A stretch of 64,000 nucleotides of DNA from Mobula hypostoma (taxonomy: Eukaryota), in the NCBI RefSeq assembly GCF_963921235.1, contig NC_086097.1, positions 20,586,001 through 20,650,000 of the forward strand, written 5' to 3'. Positions 50,247 to 63,625 of this stretch are shown one piece after another. The position numbers and the translations under genes were made by a program. The notes beneath the pieces were generated by a model that saw nothing but the letters and a program-made list of their open reading frames with translations, was not told the origin of the DNA and did no database searches. Each line of letters starts with the position of its first letter. Within the stretch, counting starts at the first letter, position 1.

Positions 50247-51273
50247 GTACAGAATATAGAAAGTTTATTTTCTTTCTTACAATTTTCAGTAAAGCCAAAC
50301 AACAGCAATAGTTTTTACTGAATGCTATCTGCAAGAACTTGTTGTTGACTTTCGTAAGAATGTAGTTGGCTGAATGACCTTTTGTGTTGTGATCCCAGCT
50401 GCTCTGTTTATTAGTCATTAATTCTGATGATTTGTCAGAAATGTTCAGTGAATCCTCTTTTCCGTCACTCTTTCTTTCTGATAGTGTGTCTACAATTGAG
50501 TGATCAAAGGGCATTAGCTGAGGGGGGAATCTAGTGTAATATATCCAGGTTGATGATGAATCAAATCATGGATCTAAGTCCTTCACTAGTGCCACTTGGT
50601 CTTAGAACAGAAGCATAGAATCACTTTGAAGATGGTCAAATATGTCACCAGAGATTTTAATTTCATTAGTTTCAAAACATTCCCTTTTGAGTGTCTACAA
50701 GTACCAAGATTATCATTTAGCTTTCCATAGTCTTTGCTCTAATTGGATCTTTCTTGTTGACAAATCATATTGTATTTGTATTTTATTTTATTTTATTTAG
50801 AGATACAACCCTTTAGCCCAATGAGCTCAGCAACCCACTTATTTAACCCTAGGCTAATCACGAACAATTTACAATGACCAATTAACCTACTGATATCTTT
50901 GGATTGTAGGAGGAAACCGGAGGAAGCTCTTGTGGTCACAGGGAGAGCATACAAACTCCTTACAGACAATGCCAGAATTGAACTCCAAATTCCTTCCCAC
51001 TGTAATAGTATTGTGCTAACCACTATGGTGCCAGTTACTGGTTAATTACTGAAATAAGAACTGCAGAAGCTGATGTCTGGCAAAAATCATTACATAGTTC
51101 CACACCCTTGGATATGGTGTTGTTTGTACGAATGGTTGTTACCTTAATTTGCTAAAATTGAAGGCATATGTCATTGTGCTTAATGCAATGCTATTATTCC
51201 CACATTGTCTATTACTTTCTATCGTATATCAGTGTAACAGGATATCCTCATGTGACTTTCTTTCTGTGGTCAG

Positions 51274-51362
51274 GAAGCCTGGCATGGGCTGAATCCAACA
51301 ATACCATGCTTTGGAGATGGAAAAAATGTTGTTCCAACCATTCATGTGAATGACTTAGCTGG
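51274..51362 (+). CDS. AK7: AK7 coding exon 7, [29 protein letters not shown](G)
   Basis: Acceptor tgtggtcAG, donor GTaagt, 89 nt. Resembles human AWLG...[20 protein letters not shown]. Confidence 0.95.
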
Positions 51363-52413
51363 GTAAGTGAAGAATAAAAGAAGAAACTACCAATCAAGTA
51401 AAGAATATCAGCGACTGTAGTTTTCACTTTGCTTTTAAAGAAGGACAGTTTAGTAAGTTACGACAAGTACGGAAGTTAAATTAGTAAAATTCAGCTTTAA
51501 TTTAAGTTGCATCATAGTTCAGGCTGGGTGGTGCAGTCTGGGCCTGGCGCGAGTTGCTAGACAGTGTGGTCTAGGCCTGGAGCCTTTCACTGCAGCTGGA
51601 TCCTAGTGCAAAGTATGATTCCCTGTTCAGACAATTTAAACACTGGCCCAGAAAAGAGGGGAGAGCCAATTTTGCTCACTCTCCATGATCTTCAGTCCTC
51701 TCACCAGGCCGCTGGAGCTTTTCGTTGTTCAGTTGTTGGGTTAATTTAAACGTTGGCCCAGAAAGACTGAAAAGACAGGGTGTCAGTTGGGACGAGAGCT
51801 GATTTCACTCGCTCTCCACAATGGTCACTCTACTCTCCATGGTGCTGAGGCTCGGAAGACAGCCCTGGCTGCTGTGCTCTGTGCCCATTAATATGATGAA
51901 CTGATAAGCAAGGCTTTGGGCCTACTCCAGGCTGCTCTGTGGTTTGGATTTGAGGACTCAGTTTTGATTCAGAATGCTGTTGTTGTTTGCTTCAATTGTT
52001 TACATGACTTTTTTCTTTCTCTTGCACATCAAGTGTTGGCCTTTTTTAAATTGTTATTCTTTTTTTTCGTTAATTGTGTTCTTTTGGGTTTCTTGCTTAC
52101 CTGTGAGTAAGCAAATCTCAAGGTTGTATAATTTATACATTCTTTGATAATAAGTCAATCCTGAATCTATTGGTTATATATATTTAGGGCTGCCAATGAT
52201 TTGTTCTGAGTTCTCTGAGGGCATTACATTGGCAAATTTTCTTTTAACATTTAAAAAATTTTGGTAAATGATTGGAATGCAAAGTTAAGGTAAATTTATT
52301 ATCAAAGTACGTACTGTACATGCCACCAATAACAACCTTGAAATTAATGTTCATGCAGGCATTCACAGTAGAACAAAGAAATACAAAAGAATTTATGAAA
52401 AACTATACATAAG

Positions 52414-52878
52414 TAGGGTTGCCAACTTTCTCACTCCCAAATAAGGGACAAAAGTAGCAGTCAACACGGGACACCTGTGTTTACCCCGAGAAAGACTACC
52501 ATGACCACGAAGGTTTTGGCTTAATCTGCCCGATTCTGTTAAGAGAAACTACGCTGTACATACATTATTTCTACTTTATATAGACTGTGTATTTATCATA
52601 TCATTCCTGGTTTTACTATATGTTAGTGTTATTTTTGGTTTTATGTGTTATTTGGTAGGGTATTTTTTGGGTCTGGGAACGCTCAAAAATTTTTTCCATA
52701 TAAATTAATGGTAATTGTTCTTCGCTTTACGCCATTTCAGCTTAGGTTGCAAACGGTTTCATAGGAAGGCTCTACCTTAGCGGGGGAAATATGGGACAAC
52801 AGCGGTCCCGTATGGGACAAACCAATTTAGCCCAATATATGGGATGTCCCGGCTAATACGGGACAATTGGCAACCCTA
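52414..52878. mobile_element. Non-autonomous hAT-like element, abutting the right half of a Charlie-like MITE (52879-52990)
   Basis: TIR TAGGGTTGCCAA / TTGGCAACCCTA and subterminal gggaca repeats. 52879-52990 matches 45841-45982. Confidence 0.75.
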
Positions 52879-54144
52879 TGTTCAAGTTCAACAGTGCATG
52901 ACAGGGAATGAGGAAAGGTGCAGCTGACTTGTATCGTTTCCTGGGGGCCCGGTAGCAAATGCTTTGCAGCCTGGTGGTTGGGGACCACTGGTCTAAGACA
53001 CTATCATAAAATGAGATGTATCATTTTGCCCACCAACATATTTACTACACTGTTCAGTTCCATATACTTAAATGGAAATGGAACTGAATTTCAAGTGAGG
53101 TACACATATTTTAAAGTCCATTTAGCACACTCATCTAAGTTTGAGTTTGTTTTTATTTATTGGCAAGACAGCACAGTAACAAGTTCTTCTGGCCCAACTA
53201 CACCCATGTGACCAATCAACCCACTAACCCGTAAGTCTTTAGCATATGGGAGGAAGCTGGAGCACCCAGAGGAAACCCATGCAGACATGGGAGAATGTAC
53301 AGGCTCCTTACAGGTGGTGACAGAATTGAACCCGAGTGATTGGTAATGTAATCGTGTAACACAAACTTTTATGCTACCATGCTGCCCCGTAATTCTTCCT
53401 CATAATCCAGCACTCACTGGATAATGGTCAGGAATGGCGTTTCCCTTGGCAACTTAGCTGGTAGCAATAAGCCATATCGTTGCTTATAGACAAAGAAATT
53501 AATTTGAGCTTCACTGGCTTAATTAGCTCAGAAAATGTTCATTCTCAGAAAATTGCTCAATCGTTCAGAGAGCTTGTACTTATTTCTTTTTATTTCTTTA
53601 CTTTGAACTTCATTGAGAGGAAAAAATACAATTGTGAGAATCTCCATCATGTTTTTTAAAGAATACTAATGATCTTCACTAAGTAAACACCTATTTAAGT
53701 ATGTATCCTTCAATTTACTTGTCTTTAGTGTTTCAGTGATGCCAGAATGTTAATGAGGGATAAACAAATGTCCAAGTCAAAGAACAGAGCGTACATGAAA
53801 TCACAAAAAGGATTACTCCAAAAAATAGTTAACTTTTGACATAACTTTACCACAACTGAATACCAAAAGCAATATTATTAACAAAGAGAATTTGTTTTCT
53901 CACATACAAGAGCATTCAGAAGAATAAGAGCAAGTTGCTTTTGCCAAACTAACTCTCCAGCTGGTCGATGGTTACCCCAGGTTAAAACATTATGGGATAC
54001 TGTTACATAGTTTTAGCAAAAAATTAGATAACCTTTTTTAACAATGATGAGTTAAACAATGTATTAGATATTGTACATACTGAAAAGTTACTGTCTTGGC
54101 ATTCAACTGTAGTTGCAAAATATAAAGCTGACAATTAAAATAAA

Positions 54145-55562
54145 ATAGTCATAGTCATAATCATACTTTATTAATCCTGGGGGAAATTTGTTTCCGTTAC
54201 AGTTGCACCATAAATAATAAATAGTAATAGAACCATAAATAGTTAAATAGTATTATGTAAATTATGCCAGTAAATTATGAAATAAGTCCAGGACCAGCCT
54301 ATTGGCTCAGGGTGTCTGACCCTCCAAGGGAGGAGTTGTAAAGTTTGATGGCCACAGGCAGGAATGACTTCCTATGATGCTTAGTGCTGCATCTCGGTGG
54401 AATGAGTCTCTGGCTGAATGTACTCCTGTGCCCACCCAGTACATTATGTAGTGGATGGGAGACATTGACCAAGATGGCATGCAACTTAGACAGCATTCTC
54501 TTTTCAGACGCCACCGTGAGAGAGTCCAGTTCCATCCCCACAACATCACTGGCCTTACGAATGAGTTTGTTGATTCTTTTGGCGTCTGCCACCCTCAGCC
54601 TGCTGCCCCAGCACACAACAGCAAACATGATAGCACTGGCCACCACAGACTCGTAGAACATCCTCAGCATCGTCCGGCAGATGTTAAAGGACCTCAGTCT
54701 CAGGAAATAGAGACAGCTCTGACCCTTCTTGTAGACAGCCTCAGTGTTCTTTGACCAGTCTAGTTTATTGTCAATTCATATCCCCAGGTATTTGTAATCC
54801 TCCACCATGTCCACACTGACCCCCTGGATGGAAACAGGGGTCACCGGTACCTTAGCTCTCCTCAGGTCTACCACCAGCTTCTTACTCTTTTTCACATTAA
54901 GCTGCAGATAATTCTGCTCACACCATGTGACAAAGTTTCCTACCGTAGCCCTGTACTCAGCCTCATCTCCCTTGCTGATGCATCCAACTATGGCAGATTC
55001 ATCAGAAAACTTCTGAAGATGACAAGACTCTGTGCAGTAGTTGAAGTCCGAGGTGTAAATGGTGAAGAGAAAGGGAGACAAGACAGTTCCCTGTGGAGCC
55101 CCAGTGCTACTAATCACTCTGTTGGACACACAGTGTTGCAAGCACACGTACTGTGGTCTGCCAGTCAGGTAGTCAAGAATCCATGATACCAGGGAAGCAT
55201 CCACCTGCATCGCTGTCAGCTTCTTCCCCAGCAGAGCAGGGTGGATGGTGTTGAACACACTGGAGAAGTCAAAAAACATGACCCTCACAGTGCTCACTGG
55301 CTTGTCCAGGTGGGCATAGACACGGTTCAGCAGGAAGATGATGGCATCCTCAACTCCTAGTCGGGGCTGGTAGGCGAACTGCAGGGGATCTAAGTGTGGC
55401 CTGACCATAGGCCGGAGCAGCTCCAGAACAAGTCTCTCCAGGGTCTTCATGATGTGGGAGGTCAATGCCACCTGTCTGTAGTCATTGAGGCCGCTGGGGC
55501 GCGGCATCTTCGGCACAGGGACGTGGCAGGATGTCTTCCACAATACAGGAACCCTCCAGAGC
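54145..55562 (-). mobile_element. Young 5'-truncated Rex1/Babar LINE (RT and 3' end)
   Basis: 268-aa ORF with VRVMFFDFSSVFNTI, TGAPQGTVLSPFLF and KFSDE, followed by C-terminal ORF 54299..54670 and a short-repeat tail (atagtc)n near 54145. Confidence 0.92.
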
Positions 55563-56253
55563 CTGTATTTCTTTCCTTTCATGTCCTTTACCTGTCGTAA
55601 TGCATACTTCTTGAAGCTTGGTACAGTTTCAAATTCCAGAGCTAAGGAAATAGAACTACAACCTGATATTTACTTTTCAGTTTGAAATGGGTTCCTGCTA
55701 GTTTTAATAACATGTGATGCAGGAAATAAGAGGGTGAAGTCATCTTACAGTAAGTATTGCTGAGATGATGTTCCATGCCCAGTGCAAAGCTGTGTTGAAT
55801 GGAAATATTAGACAAGGAATACTAACACTTTGTGTTCTAGCTGAACAGTGGCTTCCACTTATAATATTTCAAGTTATGACATTTCCTGCTGGAATCAAAA
55901 GCATTGATTCATGTGTTAAATTTGCTGAAAAGTTACGTTCTTTTGAACTATGTTTATTTCGTAAGTTATCTCAAATTTCTAGACAAGTTGGAGGTGGAGA
56001 ACAGATGCTTAGATAGACAAGCCATGGAAGAATAGAGCCCTTGTGCCAGCAGATGGGATTAGTATGGATGGGGAAAATGTTGGGAAGGATGTGATGAGCT
56101 GAAGAGCCTGTGTCTATCCTATGTGATTCCATGATTCTGTGATTTTAGAACTGCCTGCTACCTGAACCAGTGACAGCTAAGTTGTAGATCGGACCGTTTA
56201 GGAAACCGTTTAAGGTTTAAAATGAATGACATATTTTTGGCCTTATCTTGCAG

Positions 56254-56344
56254 AATTTTACAAAATATAATGGAACATAAACCAAAAACGTACTACATAC
56301 TTGCGTTGGATGAGTCAAAGCACACATTGAAAGAGTTGGTTAAG
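56254..56344 (+). CDS. AK7: AK7 coding exon 8, (G)ILQNIMEHKPKTYYILALDESKHTLKELVK
   Basis: Acceptor tcttgcAG, donor GTaaat, 91 nt. Phase matches exon 7. Confidence 0.95.
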
Positions 56345-56481
56345 GTAAATGCCTAGAGATCGTTGCTCAGAATATTTCCATATGGCTTTTTGACAGTGCG
56401 ATGTGATCTTATGAAGTAATATAAAATCAAAATCCAAAATACAGATGTTCCAGAGAGGGACCACTTGACTTGATTTTGATA

Positions 56482-58112
56482 CAGTACCTATAAAAAGTAT
56501 TCATCTACCTTGGAAGTTTTCATGTTTTATTGTTTTACAACATTGAATCACAGTGGATTTAATCTGGCTTTTTTGACACTGATCAATAGAAAAGGCTCTT
56601 TCATGTCAAAATGAAAACAAATTTCTACAAATAGGTCTAAATTTATCGCAGTTATTAAACACAAAATAATTGATTGCATAATTACTCACCTCCTTCAAGT
56701 CAGTTTTTAGTAGATACATGTTTGGCAGCAATTACAGCCATGAATCTGTGTGGATAGTTCTCTATTAGCTTTGCCAATCTGGACACTGCAATTTGTCCCC
56801 ATTCTTCTTTACAAAACCGCTCAAGCACTGTCAGATGATATGGGGATCGTGGATGAACAGCCATTTTCAAGTCCAGCCACAAATTTTCAATTGGATTGAG
56901 GTCTGGACTCTGAACTGGCCACTCCACGACACTAACTATGTTGTTTTTAAGCCATTCCTGTGTAGTTTTGGCTTTATGCTTGGGGACATTGTCTTACTAG
57001 AAAATAAATCTTCCCCCAAGTCACAGTTCTCTTGCAGACTGCATCAGGGTTTACTTCAGGATTTCCCTGTGTTTTGCTGCATTCATTTTACCCTCTACCC
57101 TCACAAGCCTTCCAGAGCCTGCTGCAGTGAAGCATCCCCACAGCATGATGCAGCCACCACCATGCTTCATGGTACGGATGATGTGTTTTTGATGATGTGC
57201 AGTGTTTGGCTTACGTCAAACATAGCATTTAGTTTGATGGCCAAAAAGCTCAATTTTGGTTTCATCAGACCAGAGAAACTTCTTCCAGCTGTCTTCAGAG
57301 TCTCCCACATGCCTTCTGGCAAACTCTAGCCGATACTTCATGTGAGTTTTTTTCAACAGTGGCTTTTTCTTTGCCACTCTTCCATAAGGTTGTGACTGGT
57401 GATGCACCTGGGCAACAGTGTGCGCAGTCTCTCTCATCTCAGCCACTGAAGCTTGTAACTCCTCCAGCGATGTCATAGTCTCTTGGTGGCCTCCCTCACT
57501 AGTCCCCTTCTTGCACGGTCACTCAGTTTTTGAGGACAGCCTGCTGTAGGCAGATTTACAGCTCTGCCGAATTCTTTCCATTTTTTGTTGATTGACTTAA
57601 CTGTACTCCAAGGGATATTCAGTGACTTGGATATTGTCTTGTATCCATCTCCTGACTTGTGTTTTTCAATTCATGGAGTTGCTTGGAGTGTTCTTTTGTC
57701 TTCGTGGTGTAGTTTTTGCCAGGAAACTGACTCACCAGCAGTTGGATCTTACAGATACAGGTATATTTTTACTACAATCAATAGAAACACCTTGACTGCA
57801 CACAGGTCTCCATAAACAGATCTCCATTTAACTAATTCTGTGACTTCTAAAACCAATTGGATGCACCGGTGATGATTTGGTATGTCATATTAAAGGGGGG
57901 AGTGAATACTTATACAATTAATTATTTTGTGTTTTATATTTGTAATTAATTTAGATCACTTTGTAGAGATCTGTTTTCACTTTGACACGAAAAGTCTTTT
58001 TCTGTTGATCAGTGTCAAAAAAAAGCTAAATTAAATCCACTGTGATTCAATATTGCAAAACAATAAAACATGAAAAATTTCCAAGGTGGGTGAATACTTT
58101 TTATAGGCACTG
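56482..58112 (-). mobile_element. Full-length but defective Tc1-family transposon with long (about 215 bp) inverted repeats
   Basis: TA-CAGT...ACTG-TA ends, mirrored TIRs about 56482-56697 and 57892-58112, and transposase remnants WSDETKIELFG and WPVQSPDLNPIENLW on the minus strand. Confidence 0.95.
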
Positions 58113-58359
58113 TATTATGAAGTGTTTAAACAACATCTCCATCCATCTGTACCAAAAGCAAGCTGGGTGAAAATTGCCAATGAACAGCCTTAACCTCATT
58201 CACTTTTTTTCTTCAAAGAAATCCATATTCCTATGTCAACTTCACCTTTCTGTATCAATGGTTTTCTCTGGTGTTTGTTAGGATATGGTAGGGATATTTG
58301 GCTAATTTAGATCTCCACTCAAGTCTTTTTTTCTTATGAGAGGTATGGCTTATTTTAGA

Positions 58360-60490
58360 ATCATGGAAAACTGCAACACAAAAACAAGTCCTTTGGCCCA
58401 TCTAGTCCATTAATCTGCCTAGTCTCATCGAATGCATGGGCCAGAGCCCTCCATACCCTTCCCATCCATGTACCTATCAAAATTTCTGTTAAGTGTTGAA
58501 ATTGACCCCCACACCAACCACTAGCATTGGCATCTCGATACATGCTCTCACGAACCTCTGAGTGAAGAAGTTCCCCCTCATGTTCCCCTTTAAACATTTC
58601 ACCTTTCACCCTTAAGCCATGACATATAGTTGTAGTCTCACGCAACCTCAGCGGAAAAAGCCTGTTTGCATTTACCCTTTCTATACCCTTCATAAGTTTG
58701 GATACCTCTATCAAATCTCCCCTCAATCTTCTACATTCTGGGGAATAAACTCCTAACCTATTCAATCTTTCCCTGTAACTCAGGTAGTCAAGAGCTGGCA
58801 ATATCCTTGTAAATTTTCCCTGCACTCTTTTAATCTTTTTGACATCTTTCCTGAGGTAGGTTATCAGAACTGGACACAATACTCCAAAGTAAGCCTCGCC
58901 AATGTCTTATACAATTTCACATAATATTCCAACTCATGTACCCAGTACATTTATGATGAGCAATATGCCAAAAGCTGTTTTTATGATCTGATCTAACTGT
59001 GACACCACTTTCAAGGAATTGTGAGTCTGTATTCCCACTGCACTCCTCAGTGCCCTACTGGTCCCCAAGTAAGATGTACTCTGGTTGGTCCTCCCAAAGT
59101 GCAACACCTCTCACCTGGCTGCATTAAATTCCATCTGCCATTTTTCAGTCATTTTACCAGCTGGTCCAGATCCCACTGCAAACTTTGATAGTCTTCCTCA
59201 CTGTCCACTACACTCTTCAATCTTGTTGTCATCCACAAATTTGCTTATCCAGTTTACCGTATTATCATCCAGATCGTTGATATGGATGACAAACAACAAT
59301 GGACTCAGCACCGATCAATGTGGAACAGCACTAGTCACAGGCCTCCAAGCAGAGAGACAACATCTACAACCAATCTCTGGCTTCTTATGCAAAGCCAATA
59401 TCCAATTCAATTTACTACCCCATCTTGAATGCCAAGCAACTGAACCTTCTTGACCAACCTCCCATGTGGGATCTTGTTGAAGTATTTGCTACAGTCCACC
59501 TGGACAACATCCACTACCCTACTTCCATCAATTTTCCTGGCAACTTCCTCAAAAAAACTGTATTAAGATTGGTTGGACATGACTTACCATGTGCAAAGTC
59601 ATATTGACAATCCTCAGTCCCTGTCTATTCAAATACTTACACATCTAGCCCCTTAGGATTCCTTCCAATAACTTTCCCACGACTGTTGTCAGGCACACTG
59701 GGCAATAATTTCCTGGCTTATTCTTCGAGCCTTTCTTAAGCTACAGAACAACATTATTTATCCTTCAATCCTCTGTCACTTCACCCATCGCTAAGGACGT
59801 TTTGAATATCTCTGCTCGGGTCCCTGTAATTTCTGCACTTGCCTCCCACAAGGTCCGAGAGAACATATCGTCAGGTCCTGGGGATTTATCCACACTAATT
59901 TGCATCAAGTTAGCAAACACCTCCTCTACTGTAATCTGTATAGGGTCCATGACCCTGCTACTACATTGCCTAAACTCTGTGTCCATCTCCTGGGTAAACA
60001 CAAATACAAAAATTCATTTAAGACCTCCCCCCATCTCTTTCAGCTCCACGCATGGATTACCACTCTGACCTTCCAGATGACCAATTTTGTCCCTTGCTAT
60101 CCTCTTGCTCTTAATATATCTGTAGAAAAGCCCCAAGGATTCTCTTTCACCCGATCTGCCAGAGCAACCTCATGCCTTCTTTTAGCACTCCTGATTTCAT
60201 TAAGTGTTCTCTTGCATTTCTTTTCCTCCTCAAGTACCACATTTGTTCCTGTCTGACTATACCTCTTAGGTACCTCCTTCCTTTTCTTAATCAGGGCCTC
60301 AATGTCTCTCAAAAATCAAGGTTTCCTACACCTGTTATCATTGTCTTTTATTTTGATAGGAACATACAAACTCTGTACTATCAAAATTTTACTTTTGAAG
60401 GCACCCCACATACCATGTACACCTTTGCCAGAAAACAACCTATCCTATTCCACACTTGCCAGATCATTTCTGATACCATCAAAGTTGGCA
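58360..60490 (-). mobile_element. Degenerate CR1 LINE ORF2 fragment
   Basis: VDKSPGPD, RLRGDLIEV and SAKRRHEVALA, collinear with the CR1 at 9660-11770. Confidence 0.88.
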
Positions 60491-62323
60491 ATTTTTATAC
60501 TTTATTAAAAAATATATTTAATATATAGCTATTTGCCTAAGCATCGCACCCAAAGGCTTAATTTCAAATGACTTAAGATCAAAAGAACGGAAACTAGTTG
60601 GCTGTGTAAATTTGATTCTATAGCTGGGACTAGACCAAACAGAGTTATACATCCTACATGCTTATGAGATTATTGTTCATTACCTGGTTCTGGAGGCCCA
60701 GGCTGCTCAGCTTTAAACTTGAAATAGTTTTTCATGTGCTTTGAGCCAGTTTGCACAGTAAATGCTTGAGTGATAAGGAGAACATATTTTATGCAGGGGA
60801 TTTTATCTGAATGTAATTCTCTACCTCGGAGGGCTGTGGATTTTTCAAGGCTGAGATGGGTATATTTGTGGACACCAAAGGAATTTAGATGGGGATCGGT
60901 TTGGAAACTGGGCTTGAAGCACAAAATGAACAATGTCATTATTCAATGGTGCAACAGGCTTAAAAAACCCTAAGGCATTCTATTCCTATGTTCTTAAGTA
61001 AAGTGAAATTAGCCCTATGTTGAGAACTAAATTTAATAATCAGAACATTCTGATAGTAATAGCAGTTTTAAGAATTTGATTCAATTTAAAACTTTTGGAC
61101 ATCAGTTTCTTGCTTTTAAAAGTGACATTATTCTAGATACTGTGAAAATGCATGTCAGGTGTGTGGGAGATCCATGAAGGAATGTGGTGCATCAAACCTG
61201 GGTTATATTTTCACATATTAAGTTATACTGCATGGAAACAGGCCATTCAGCCCAACTTGTCTATGCTGTCATGACTATCTATGCTAACCCCATTTGCCCT
61301 TTCTACTTTAATTAAACTTTGGGCAGGGATAGTAAACTAGTCATCACAGAGAGCGGGGTATATTTAAGGGGGAAATTCTAGTTCAGAGTAAAATTTGTTA
61401 TGCTTGGATGCTAAAGCAGTTGTGCAGCCTTTATAGATGATTCCAACCTATTTCTTGGCTTGTTTTAAGAAATACATTCAAGACCAAGTGAGAGATAATA
61501 AATTTGAATTCAGAATGCTGCCTTATGATGAAATGAGAGACTAAAGCACTGTTGGCTCATCGTGTGACGAACAGCCACCATTTTCTGGTTCTTTCAGTAA
61601 CTTTCAAAGAATAAAAATATATTCTTATCTACAATAGTCCCACAACCTGTAATCCAGATTACCTAATCATTTACTTAATTTCTGTTTATAGTCATAGGGT
61701 AATATAGCACAGAAGCAGGCCCTTCTGCCCCACTGGTTCATGGCAGCCACAGCATTTCCCCAGTTTGTCCATTTGGGTGCATTCAGCCCATAACTCTCCA
61801 AGCTCCTACCCTCCATGTCCTCTTAAGTGTTACAGCTGTACCCACTTCAACCACTTCCTCTGGCAGCCCATTCCTCCGCAGCTGCCTGTGGCAAAGAATT
61901 CCACAGATTCATCACTCTCTGGCTAAAGAAATTCCTCCTCATCTCCATTCTGAAAGGACTCCTCTCATTCTCAGGTTGTGTCCTCTGGTCTTTGACACTC
62001 CCACCATAGGAAACATCCTCTCCGCATCCACTCTATCAAAGCCTGTCACCATTTAATAGCAGGAATATATATGTATTCCTTCTTTATTAATTTAATAAAG
62101 GGCTTTGAGAAATTTAAACTTATCTTGCTATACAGACATTTCCTCTTAATTTGCATTACTATATCAATGTAGAAATCACAATAATTTCTTTAGTGCATAA
62201 TTCTACATTAGACAGTGCCTTCAATGACAAAGCATTTGCAGGATCTAAAAAACATGCACGTTAACCTAGAATCTAAAAATATTGTTATAAGAGGCATAGT
62301 TGATATTGTGATTATTCTTACAG

Positions 62324-62398
62324 GCCATCAGTAAACTTGGACCAGGCAAGATCCAGCATGTCCCACAAGAAGATGCCCTGCTGTATAGTGAATTGACA
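62324..62398 (+). CDS. AK7: AK7 coding exon 9, AISKLGPGKIQHVPQEDALLYSELT (gene continues beyond the window)
   Basis: Acceptor ttcttacAG, donor GTaagc, 75 nt. Resembles human [21 protein letters not shown]. Confidence 0.92.
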
Positions 62399-63471
62399 GT
62401 AAGCTCTTCTTCTTTGGTTTCAACTGTTTTGATGTTATTCAGCTGAGTATCAAACAAGCAGAGTGACATTTTCTCACTTGGGACACCAACTTCCAAATGG
62501 GAAGGAGTACACCATATGAACATTCAACCTCCAGTGTCACTCTCCCTGTCTGTCTTCAGTAAAATACAAACCTTTTATCCAAGAATAAAGCATCAACACA
62601 AAAAAAATTCTGCTAAAGATTAAGGGTCTTGGCTTAAATTGTCGACTGTTTATTCCTCTCCATAGATGCTATGTACTTGTTGAGTTTCTCCAGCATTTTG
62701 TGTGTTACTTTGGATTTCCGGCAACTGCAGAATCTCTTTATGCTAATTATTACAATACTTTACAACATTAATAAGTAAAGCAAAATATGGTAATAAATGT
62801 ATTTATGCAACCAGTGCTCTTGAGAGGTTCACCTCATTATGCAATGCTTTCTATGAATTGTGGTTTTCTTTTGAAGCAAGCTTTTATAAGGTTCATTTCT
62901 CTTTCAACGGTTTCTCATTAGAGGTGTATGTAGTCAATTTCAGAACTTCACACAAATGAAATGGTCTTAATTGATGAAACACTGAGAGGAGACTTTTCAG
63001 GTGATCAGACCATGTTCACTACTGTAAAGTCTTATTCAGCAGGAAATATGCTGTAGGAAATAGACAGAATTTCAATTCAATTACCTTTGCTGACTTGGAT
63101 TTCCCCCTAATTTTGGCCATTTTGTTTTGAAACTGGTACTTCTAGTGTATTCCAATCAGATAGCTGTCTGGAGATTATTCCTTTTCCATTTGCCCATTCA
63201 TCAAAAAGTCAGTTCTTGTTTGGCAATGGCAATGATGCTTTGTACATCATTCAAGTCATTATGGAGACATAACAGACAGCAGATGCTGGAATCTGGAGAT
63301 ATAAAACAAACTTGGAAGAACTCAGCTGCTCAAGCAGTATCTGTGGAGTTAAAGGGATGTTAATGTTTTGGATTGAAACTTCACAGCAGGACTAAGGGTT
63401 GTTGAGGGAATCATCAGAATATTGAATTGAAAGGGAGGTCTGAGACAGAGATTAGCAGGTGAAAGTTGGTA

Positions 63472-63625
63472 CAGATCGACCTTCACTAATCTGACTACCT
63501 GTAATCCGGTTCCTTGGATAATCCGACAGTGATTGTGCTTAATGTGATCCTTCCGTAATTCGTCATTTTCACTAATCCGGCACTCCTCAGGTCCCAGTGG
63601 TGCCGGATTAGTGAAGGTCGACCTG
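63472..63625. mobile_element. Tigger/pogo-like MITE nested in a Penelope remnant
   Basis: TA TSDs at 63470-63471 and 63626-63627. TIR cagatcgaccttcactaatc / gattagtgaaggtcgacctg. Confidence 0.75.
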
